Source: Phycisphaeraceae bacterium (GTDB lineage: Bacteria; Planctomycetota; Phycisphaerae; Phycisphaerales; Phycisphaeraceae). From it: DNA of 64,000 bases. The stretch covers positions 352,001 to 416,000 of the forward strand of contig OY771506.1 of the NCBI GenBank assembly GCA_963674705.1, written 5' to 3'. Position numbers and translations under genes: made by a program. Shown here one piece after another: positions 55,306 to 64,000 of the stretch. Each line of letters starts with the position of its first letter. Within the stretch, counting starts at the first letter, position 1. A model generated the notes under the pieces. It did not search any database. It was not told the origin of the DNA and saw only the letters and a list, made by a program, of their open reading frames with translations.

Positions 55306-56367
55306 ATGCGCGTGAATGCCAACAATCACTATAGTCGTATGGTAAAACAAATAGCACATACACTGCGTCGACGTTGTGGTGTGGGTGAAGGGGCGCATGT
55401 GCTTGTGGCGGTCAGCGGGGGTGCGGATTCGGTGGCGTTGCTGCGGGCGCTGGATGCGATCAAGGGGCGACGGCGGTGGAAACTCACACTTACGGTCGGG
55501 CATGTGCAGCATCATTTGAGGGGGGATGAGGCGGAGGGGGATGCTTTGTTTGTGGAGGAGTTAGCCCGGCAGCTTAAGCTGCCTCGCCTGCGGCGGGACC
55601 TGGATGCTTCGGAGATTGAAGGCAATGTTGAGGCGTGGGCGCGGCGCGAGCGGTATCGGGCGTTGCGTGAGATGGCGCGCGAATGCGGGGCTGGGTTTAT
55701 TGCGACAGCGCATCATGCGGATGATCAACTTGAAACACTGCTGATGCGCATGCTGCGCGGGGCGGGAACACGAGGCATGTCGGGTATCGGGTATCGGGTG
55801 TCGGGTGTCGAGGAAGCATTCGACACTTCTTCCCGAAACCCGAATCCCGAAACCCGAATCCCGACGACCATCCGCCCCATGCTTGCCGTAACGCGCACGC
55901 AGGTACTCGACTACCTGCATGCAATCAATCAGCCATGGCGGGAGGATCATACGAATGCGGATGTGACGCGGTGGCGGGCGCGGCTGCGGCAGGATGTGCT
56001 TCCGGTGCTGGAAGAAATTCGGCCGAATGCGGGGCGGAAGGCGACGGCGTTTGCGCAGCAGATGCGTGATGTGCATCGTGTGTTGAATGATGCGATCGAC
56101 GATGCGAAGCAATTGGTTGAGCATGAAGGGGATGAACGGTGGATCGATCGCGTGGCGGCGAGGCAGATGCGGCGGGTGGTATTGTCGGGATTGTTACGCG
56201 AGCTACTTAACGAAGCGGGCGTGCATGGGGATAAGCTTGGGGTGAACCAGATCGGCAAACTCGTGCGGGCGGTTCGTGATAAGGAAGGCGGGGAGAGGAC
56301 GTTTGGTTTTAAAGGAGGGGTTTGTGTTGTGGTGACGCGGGATCGGGTGCGGGTTGGGCGGGGGTAG
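55306..56367 (+). CDS. tilS: tRNA(Ile)-lysidine synthase
   Basis: VAVSGGADSVAL, H.LRG.E, ARRERY, TAHHADDQLET, IRPML and W.ED.TN motifs. Confidence 0.95.
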   Translation: MRVNANNHYSRMVKQIAHTLRRRCGVGEGAHVLVAVSGGADSVALLRALDAIKGRRRWKLTLTVGHVQHHLRGDEAEGDALFVEELARQLKLPRLRRDLDASEIEGNVEAWARRERYRALREMARECGAGFIATAHHADDQLETLLMRMLRGAGTRGMSGIGYRVSGVEEAFDTSSRNPNPETRIPTTIRPMLAVTRTQVLDYLHAINQPWREDHTNADVTRWRARLRQDVLPVLEEIRPNAGRKATAFAQQMRDVHRVLNDAIDDAKQLVEHEGDERWIDRVAARQMRRVVLSGLLRELLNEAGVHGDKLGVNQIGKLVRAVRDKEGGERTFGFKGGVCVVVTRDRVRVGRG

Positions 56368-56393
56368 GATTTCGATTTTTGGTAGCGCAAGGA

Positions 56394-56421
56394 AAAGCCC
56401 ACGTTCGGCGAACGTGGGCTT
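56394..56421. terminator. Hairpin, probable terminator between convergent tilS and pfk
   Basis: AAAAGCCCACGTTCG-G-CGAACGTGGGCTT. Confidence 0.7.
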
Positions 56422-56461
56422 CGGGGGGGTGTTTTTTTGGGGGGGGTATTTTGCTGCGGGC

Positions 56462-57673
56462 TTAGTGGGCACGCAGGGCTTCGATGACGGGTAGTTCGCC
56501 GATGATCGGGCGGAGGTAGTCGCAGAAGCTCGGGTCGATGTTGTTGCCTTCGACGATGTACTTCGGATCAAGCGTGCGGGTCTTGGCCGCGACGTCGGTG
56601 AGGTGGATCCGTTTGTACTCGACGGTGTAGGGGTTGTCGCTGGTGCGCTGGATGGCGATGGAGCCGTCGATGTCGCCGGACAGGGCCTGCTTGGCGGCGT
56701 AGCGACCGGCCTCACGGGCCTCATGTGCGTCGGTGGCGGAGACGCAGCCCACGAACGAACGCTGGAGGTAACCGAACGTATCGGCACGCACACGCAGGTT
56801 CGAGCCGAGGTTGTCCTTGATGAGCTTGACAGCGATGTCGCCCAGCGCGCCGGTGCCGGACAGTTGCACGTTGCCGTGCGCGTCCTTCTCGACATCCTGT
56901 GAAACCTTCGTGACCAGCGGGGTGCCGTCGGCGTCGTGGACGCCTTCGCTCATCGCGACGAGGCATCGGCCGTACTGCTTGTAGACCCGGTCGACGTCGG
57001 CGAGGAACTTGTCGGTGTCGAACGCGACCTCGGGGACGTAGATCAGGTGCGGGCCTTCGCCTTCGTGCTGACGGGCCATGACGCTGGAAGCGGCGAGGAA
57101 GCCGGCGTGACGGCCCATGATGATGTTGATCTTGATGCCGGGCAGGGCGCGGTTATCGAGGTTGTCGCCCATGAACGCCTGCGTGACGAACTTGGCGGCC
57201 GAGCCGAAACCGGGCGTGTGGTCGTTGTGCATCAGGTCGTTGTCGATGGTCTTGGGCACGTGGAAGCAGTGCAGCTCGTAGTCGTCGGCCTTGGCCAGTT
57301 CGTTGACGATCCGGCAGGTATCGGAGCTGTCGTTGCCGCCGATGTAGAAGAAGTAGCGGATGTTGTTCTTCTCGAACGATTTGAGGATGTTGTTGCAGTA
57401 GTCGGCGTTGGGCTTGTCACGGCTGGAGCCGAGCGCGGCCGAGGGGGTGTTGGCCAAGCGTTCGAGCCGATCCTTGGGGATGTCCTGGAGTTCGATGAAG
57501 TCATCCTTGACGATGCCTGCGACGGCGTGGTGGGCGCCGTAGACCTTGTCGATGCCGGGCAGGCCGGCCATGGTTTCGACGACGCCGACCATCGACTGGT
57601 TGATGACGGCGGTGGGCCCGCCAGACTGCCCGATCGCGACGTTACCTTTCAGGGGAGGGGTTATTTCAGCCAT
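56462..57673 (-). CDS. Phosphofructokinase, probably PPi-dependent
   Basis: QSGGPTAVIN, GGNDS (Asp at the phosphoryl-donor position), PKTIDNDL (Lys) and MGRHAG motifs. Confidence 0.9.
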   Translation of the reverse strand: MAEITPPLKGNVAIGQSGGPTAVINQSMVGVVETMAGLPGIDKVYGAHHAVAGIVKDDFIELQDIPKDRLERLANTPSAALGSSRDKPNADYCNNILKSFEKNNIRYFFYIGGNDSSDTCRIVNELAKADDYELHCFHVPKTIDNDLMHNDHTPGFGSAAKFVTQAFMGDNLDNRALPGIKINIIMGRHAGFLAASSVMARQHEGEGPHLIYVPEVAFDTDKFLADVDRVYKQYGRCLVAMSEGVHDADGTPLVTKVSQDVEKDAHGNVQLSGTGALGDIAVKLIKDNLGSNLRVRADTFGYLQRSFVGCVSATDAHEAREAGRYAAKQALSGDIDGSIAIQRTSDNPYTVEYKRIHLTDVAAKTRTLDPKYIVEGNNIDPSFCDYLRPIIGELPVIEALRAH

Positions 57674-58062
57674 AATAAAACGGGCTCCGTATGCTGTTGA
57701 GGTAAGGTCTACCGGATGGAATCGGCTGTACGACTTACCAGGTCTGTGGGGGAATCCGGCCGCGCCAGAAGCGACCGAATCGGCATTTTAGATGAATCCA
57801 GATCAGAAGACAAAACCGGTGGCTGGTCGTTCGTCGAACCCCAAAAACGTCGTAAAACCCTGCTCAACAAGTGTTTTGCGTGATATATCAAATCGTATTG
57901 GGGCTGATAACGATCTGAGCTTTTCACCAGATTCTTGTGACCGCAGCGCGAGGCTGGGACGGCTGGGGAAACGGGGGCGGATGCGGGTACGAGGAGCGTG
58001 GATTGCTGAAACAACCACGCCGGGTGTGAAGATCAGGGCGGGAGGTAAAGATGCGAACGGCT

Positions 58063-59262
58063 TTAACCAATCGCGTTGAGTTCTTGCTTGGCCAGTTCCA
58101 ACTCTTCGCCGCTGAGCCGGGGCATTGCCTGGTTGAGAAGCTCCTTGGCACGCTGTTTCTGATCGAGGTAACGCGAGAAGATCAATCCAAGAATGAGCTG
58201 GACCTGCTGTCGATCGGGGTACGTTTTGTAAGCGTTGAGGAACAGCGTGTAGGCCCGGGCCGAAGCGTCGTAACGCCCTTCGGACATCAATTGATTGGCA
58301 ATATCCAGTTGATACTGTTGCGTCAGGACCTCTTCGGGGTGCTCATCGATCAGCTCGACATAGAGCTGGGCGGCCTTGGGCATTTCATGTTCACGGATGG
58401 CGCTACTGATCGCGGAGCGTGCCTGCATCAGTTTCTTTTCATCTTCCGTGGCAACGGGCGCAGCGCCCTTGCCCGATGGGTCGCCGGGCTTGTTGTGTTC
58501 CCAAGGTCTGAAACCACTATGTGAGAGTTTTTTGAATTCCGCCTTGCGGCGTTTGTGTTCGATCAGTGAAAGCAGGTCGTAGGGTTCGCGCGCAAGGATA
58601 CGGGTCAGCAACAACCCCATCCCCACCGTAAAGCCGTACGTATACCCGGACAGGTGCGCAAGGTAAGCCGTATTCCCGACGCCGCCGACCTGGAAGAGGA
58701 TGTCCTGGGCGACCTGGAAGAGGATGAGGATGATGCTGGAGATTTCAAACGAGCCGGGCAGGATAAACCAGTAAACGATCGTGACATTGGATAGCGGGAA
58801 CAGCGCCAAGTACGCGCCGGTCACCGCGGAAACCGCACCGCTGGCGCCGAGCACGGGACTGGTATCCACCGCGGCGTGACCGAGTCCGGCCGCCACACCG
58901 CCGCCCAGGTAGAAAAACAGATACCCGAGCTTACCGAGTCGATCCTCCACGCCGTTGCCGAAGACGTACAGGAACAGCATGTTCATGATCAGGTGCATCC
59001 ACCCGGCATGCAGGAACAAGCATGTGAAGTATTGCAGGACGCTGCCGTCACCCGGCACCAGGTAATAATTCAGCACATCGGGCTTAGGCGGGATGACGGC
59101 ACCGGTCTGTAAGGCAGCACTCAGCGCGATGAAGTATTCATCAACCCTTTGGATTTGTGGATACGTCAACAGGAACACCACCACGTTGACCGCAATCAGC
59201 GTGTAATTCACCCATGGGGTGCGTTTGAGTCGTCGGTCGGTGTTGGTCGGGAACAGAATCAT
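58063..59262 (-). CDS. Rhomboid intramembrane serine protease with C-terminal TPR-like region
   Basis: FLHAGWMHL..NM.FL.VFG..VE, GASGAVS and AY.AHL.G motifs. Confidence 0.93.
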   Translation of the reverse strand: MILFPTNTDRRLKRTPWVNYTLIAVNVVVFLLTYPQIQRVDEYFIALSAALQTGAVIPPKPDVLNYYLVPGDGSVLQYFTCLFLHAGWMHLIMNMLFLYVFGNGVEDRLGKLGYLFFYLGGGVAAGLGHAAVDTSPVLGASGAVSAVTGAYLALFPLSNVTIVYWFILPGSFEISSIILILFQVAQDILFQVGGVGNTAYLAHLSGYTYGFTVGMGLLLTRILAREPYDLLSLIEHKRRKAEFKKLSHSGFRPWEHNKPGDPSGKGAAPVATEDEKKLMQARSAISSAIREHEMPKAAQLYVELIDEHPEEVLTQQYQLDIANQLMSEGRYDASARAYTLFLNAYKTYPDRQQVQLILGLIFSRYLDQKQRAKELLNQAMPRLSGEELELAKQELNAIG

Positions 59263-59353
59263 GCGGTAACGGGGCTTGATGCGTCCAGTTATGTACGCTT
59301 AAGGCCGGCCTTTGGATCGCCCAATAGTCGGCAAAGCGGTCGGGGTTGGCGGG

Positions 59354-60640
59354 TTAACGGGCGGCTGCGGTGACGGTCCATTCCTTGATATTCCAGGAAG
59401 GATTTACCGCGGTTCGGGTAAAGAACTCAACATAGTCGGCTACGTCCATCGGCAGGTCCCACTGCACACGCCAGCGACGCAATGGTTGGGCATCAGGGTC
59501 CCATGCGGTGATGATCAGCGTGACAGACTGGATCTTCTCGCCGCTGTCGTTTCCGATGGTCAAACGAGCGATGGTGTCGGCGCCTGATGATTCGGTTTGT
59601 ATATCGAGGTCTTCGAGGAAGACAGCGGATTCTGCCAGGTCATCGATCGTGATGGACCAGGCAGGGTGCAGCGCGGTCGGGTCCAGGTTGGCGGGGATGG
59701 GCATGCGCAACAGCAGGGAGTGATCGTGGCTGATCAGTGACAGCGGCGCGGTGGTGCTGGCTTTTTCGATCCCCTGCGGATTCACCAGCGAGATGGACAA
59801 CTCACCATCCATGATGACGCCGGGCTTCGTGCTGACCACGCGTCCGACGTACTCGATCACACCCGCTTCAGCGGGCACGAGTTCGTCATCCGCAACATAC
59901 ACATCCGTATTCGTCTGCGGCTGGGATACGAACGGGCGGTTAGGCTGTTCCCAGGGATCGTGCTGCAAAAGCACGGAGTGCAGCATCGGCAAGCCTTGGA
60001 AGATCGGTCCATCGTATACGGGTCCCGGATCGGGTTCGGGCTCAGCACGGGTCTGGGGGCCGGGGCCGGCATCACCGCTGAACGAAAGCATGATCCCGAC
60101 GCCGAGGATCGCAATGGAGACAGCCACCCCCGCTGCCAAGAGGTATCCGCTTCGGATAGCCTTCTGCTGCTTGGTACGTTGGGGTATGGTCCTGACTGGT
60201 GGTGCCGGGGCCGGTGTCATGGGGGGGGCTGTAGCTACCGCGGCGGGCATGACGGGCGGTTTATCCGGCTCGGGAGCGATCGTGTCGTAATCATTGAACT
60301 GGCTGTCACGCTCACGCTCGGCTTCGACACGCATCACTGCTGAGAGGTCTTGAATGCCGCCGGGGCGGATCGTGCCGGCTTCCGCAGGCGCCGGCTTGGC
60401 AGCACCTTCCCCCCCCGCTCTTGCCGAGGACGGGACGTGCCTGATGTGCGATTGATCGATCAGGTAACGGTGCTGGCAGGACGTACAGGTCACCACCGCG
60501 CCGACCCGGACAAACGGCGAGCTTACGACAACATGGCAGGATGGGCACGTGACTTCGTACACCTTACCTAACACTCTAGCAACAGCACCGAATTTGAACC
60601 AATGAACCTCGGTATATCCAACCTGGGCCCTATAATGCAT
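59354..60640 (-). CDS. Zinc-ribbon + Pro-rich linker + TM + extracytoplasmic domain protein
   Basis: VTCPSC...VTCTSC N-terminus; start probably ~60575. Confidence 0.75.
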   Translation of the reverse strand: MHYRAQVGYTEVHWFKFGAVARVLGKVYEVTCPSCHVVVSSPFVRVGAVVTCTSCQHRYLIDQSHIRHVPSSARAGGEGAAKPAPAEAGTIRPGGIQDLSAVMRVEAERERDSQFNDYDTIAPEPDKPPVMPAAVATAPPMTPAPAPPVRTIPQRTKQQKAIRSGYLLAAGVAVSIAILGVGIMLSFSGDAGPGPQTRAEPEPDPGPVYDGPIFQGLPMLHSVLLQHDPWEQPNRPFVSQPQTNTDVYVADDELVPAEAGVIEYVGRVVSTKPGVIMDGELSISLVNPQGIEKASTTAPLSLISHDHSLLLRMPIPANLDPTALHPAWSITIDDLAESAVFLEDLDIQTESSGADTIARLTIGNDSGEKIQSVTLIITAWDPDAQPLRRWRVQWDLPMDVADYVEFFTRTAVNPSWNIKEWTVTAAAR

Positions 60641-60642
60641 CC

Positions 60643-61695
60643 ATGGCGATGGCCCTACCCATCCTCGACACCGCCCCGCAGCGCCCCATCTACGCGCAGG
60701 GGCCGCGCGACCTCGCCGCTGTGCGACTGCTTCGGCTTTCGGTCACCGATCGCTGTAATCTGCGGTGTGCGTACTGTATGCCTGAGGATGGCATCACATT
60801 CTATGACCGCAAAGACCTGTTATCCGCCGAGCAGATCATCACAGCGGCGGCGGCGGCCCGGTCCGTCGGGATCAACCACTTCAAAGTCACCGGCGGCGAG
60901 CCTACCGTCCGTAGCGACCTCGTCCAGATCATCCTGCAGCTCAAAGCGCTGGCCCCTGATGACTTGTCCATGACTACGAACGGGCTGTTGTTGCCGGACC
61001 TGGCCGGGGACCTGAAAGCCGCGGGCCTGGACCGGCTGACGATCAGTTGGGACTCGATGCAGCCTGAGGTCTTCAGGAAAATCACCGGCGGGCGATACGG
61101 GCTGGATCAGCTTCGCCGGGGTATTGATGCCGCGATTAATGCGGGTTTCGAGAAACTGAAGCTGAACGTGGTGGTGATCGGCGGGATGAACGTCGGGGAG
61201 GTCGGCGACTTTGCCCGTCTTACGCTGGATCGGCCCTGGACGGTCCGCTTCATCGAGTACATGCCCCTGGGAGAGAGCAAGCTGCTGGCGAACGGGCTGG
61301 ACACGGCCAAGCTCTACACGGTCGACAACGCCGCGGTCATGAAGCGGATCGAAAAGGAACTTGGACCGCTGACGGCTGTAAACCGCTCAACCGAGGCGGG
61401 GGTCGGCCCGGCGGATGTTTATACGCTTGCGAACGCCACGGGCCGCATCGGTTTCATCTCGGCGATGAGCCGGCCGTTCTGCGAACGTTGCAACCGGCTG
61501 CGTCTGACCGCCACGGGGCAACTGCGAGCGTGTTTGTTCGATGGCGGTGAGGTCAACGCCCTGCCGTTATTGCGTCGCATGCGGCCGGACGATGACCCGC
61601 AACCGTTGATCGATCTGATGGCCCAGAGCGTGGCCCAGAAGCCCGACACGCACTCGGCGCGCGGCAACCGCCCAATGAGTCAATTGGGCGGCTGA
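60643..61695 (+). CDS. moaA: GTP 3',8-cyclase (molybdopterin biosynthesis)
   Basis: LRLSVTDRCNLRCAYC, TGGEP, RFIEYMP, FCERCNRLRLT..G.L..CL and terminal GG. Confidence 0.96.
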   Translation: MAMALPILDTAPQRPIYAQGPRDLAAVRLLRLSVTDRCNLRCAYCMPEDGITFYDRKDLLSAEQIITAAAAARSVGINHFKVTGGEPTVRSDLVQIILQLKALAPDDLSMTTNGLLLPDLAGDLKAAGLDRLTISWDSMQPEVFRKITGGRYGLDQLRRGIDAAINAGFEKLKLNVVVIGGMNVGEVGDFARLTLDRPWTVRFIEYMPLGESKLLANGLDTAKLYTVDNAAVMKRIEKELGPLTAVNRSTEAGVGPADVYTLANATGRIGFISAMSRPFCERCNRLRLTATGQLRACLFDGGEVNALPLLRRMRPDDDPQPLIDLMAQSVAQKPDTHSARGNRPMSQLGG

Positions 61696-61757
61696 CCGTA
61701 GGTATTCGTTTTTTAACTCGGCGGGGTCGGGAGACCCGCGCCGAGCGCGTTGCTGGT

Positions 61758-62192
61758 TTAAGCTTCTTCAAGGCGGCGCTGTGCTTCACGCACGCCCAGC
61801 TTGCGGACGGCGGCGACGGCCGGCATCTGGCTGCGACGCGGACGGGTCTTTTCACGCTCCCACAGGTAAATCGTCTGGGCAGAGACGCCTACCAGCGTGG
61901 CGTAATCGGCCGCGGAAATGCCGAGTTTTTCCCGATGGCTGCGCAGGCCCTTGGCGCTGAAGCGGAAGCGTTCGCCTTCTTCCGACTCAACCTGAACCGA
62001 CTTGGACGGCTTGCCCTGCTGGGTCTTGAGCTTCGAGATGCGTTTCTGAAGGTCCTTGATCTGTCGCTTGAGTTCGGCGATGTCCCTGCGGTGCTGCGTC
62101 GCGGCCTTGCGGACGGATGCCATCTCTTGTTTGACTTCCTTGCGGGCAAGCCTTGCGATTTCGCTCTTCAGAACTTGTGTGAGGTTCGCCAT
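61758..62192 (-). CDS. XRE-family HTH protein with N-terminal coiled coil
   Basis: LKSEIARLARKE...; R.KLGISAADYA.LVGVS.QTIY.WE..K.RPR. Confidence 0.88.
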   Translation of the reverse strand: MANLTQVLKSEIARLARKEVKQEMASVRKAATQHRRDIAELKRQIKDLQKRISKLKTQQGKPSKSVQVESEEGERFRFSAKGLRSHREKLGISAADYATLVGVSAQTIYLWEREKTRPRRSQMPAVAAVRKLGVREAQRRLEEA

Positions 62193-62243
62193 ACAAATTG
62201 CTCCTTGATTTATTCGACCGAGCGGTGATTCGGCGCATTCGTG

Positions 62244-62705
62244 TCAAGAGGTCTGATCCTGGCTCTTGGCATCTCTGCGCCAGGCAACCTGCGGTGCATC
62301 ACCCCAGAGCATTTCCAGGTCGTAATGCGCCCGTGCCGTCGGCTCGAACAAGTGAATAATGGTGTCTACGTAATCCAGTACCAGCCAGGTCGAATCCGCG
62401 TCACGTTCGGAGCCGAAGCGGTCCAACCCGGATTCTTTCGCCAGATCATCCACCTGTCCGGCGACACCTTTGATCTGCCGGTCACTGGTGCCGGTGGCGA
62501 TCAGGATGTAGTCGGTCAGGTCGCTTAATTTATGCACATCGAAGAGGACAATATCTTCGCAGTGCAGGTCATGCAGCAGTCTTGCCGCCTCGATGAGAAA
62601 CGCGCGCACGACCTGTTCGCGTTCGGTGCCCGTGGGAGCGGGCTTGGGCCGATCGTTCAGGTGCAGAGCACTGGCGGTTGGATCTTCGCGGGACTGAGCA
62701 GTCAT
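62244..62705 (-). CDS. rsfS: Ribosome silencing factor RsfS
   Basis: TDYILIATGTSDRQ, WLVLDY.D.IIHLF and R.HYDLE.LWGDA motifs. Confidence 0.95.
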   Translation of the reverse strand: MTAQSREDPTASALHLNDRPKPAPTGTEREQVVRAFLIEAARLLHDLHCEDIVLFDVHKLSDLTDYILIATGTSDRQIKGVAGQVDDLAKESGLDRFGSERDADSTWLVLDYVDTIIHLFEPTARAHYDLEMLWGDAPQVAWRRDAKSQDQTS

Positions 62706-62726
62706 GACATAAAAAAAGCTGTCGAT

Positions 62727-62757
62727 AAAAAACCCCCGACGGTAGCCCGCCGGGGGT
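62727..62757 (-). terminator. Terminator after hppA
   Basis: Minus strand CCCCCGGCGG-GCTA-CCGTCGGGGG-TTTTT. Confidence 0.8.
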
Positions 62758-62801
62758 AGTTGATTATAGCAGATAAACGGTGCTAACGCATGGGAAGCCG
62801 A

Positions 62802-64000
<1,199 letters not shown>

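Noticed and set aside
61758..62192. XRE protein as the antitoxin of a TA pair or a prophage repressor
   Set aside because: No adjacent toxin-like or phage genes; flanked by moaA and rsfS.

Overview
GC-rich bacterial chromosomal window, most likely a planctomycete of the Phycisphaerae. This is inferred from a dockerin-like PEP-CTERM protein, CxxCGY-L-G...CPECG zinc-ribbon membrane proteins, ECF sigma/anti-sigma pairs and fragmented ribosomal operons. Housekeeping content: rplU; tRNA-Thr-tuf-rpmG-tRNA-Trp-secE-nusG; rpmI-rplT; dnaN; recJ; rmuC; tilS; rsfS; ilvB; dapA; ald; mtnP; moaA; a PPi-type PFK; a membrane pyrophosphatase; csrA; nfu; iscX. Accessory content: a four-lipoprotein LpoB/COG3014/YcfL-like operon, a complete IS630 element, a stop-interrupted REP-associated tyrosine transposase (RAYT) with its REP family, and clusters of small lower-GC orphan genes. 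The most striking unexplained structure is a dense set of 7-mer and 9-mer short-tandem repeats arranged as nested inverted pairs. These occur as empty palindromes between genes, as brackets around orphan cargo genes, and as in-frame insertions inside tilS and recJ. Features missing from the ORF track include a Leu/Ile/Val-rich leader peptide before ilvB, a probable 6S RNA, rpmG and a recurrent leaderless-gene signature (TAnnnT-N6-7-ATG). All calls come from reading the sequence; no database searches or folding programs were run.
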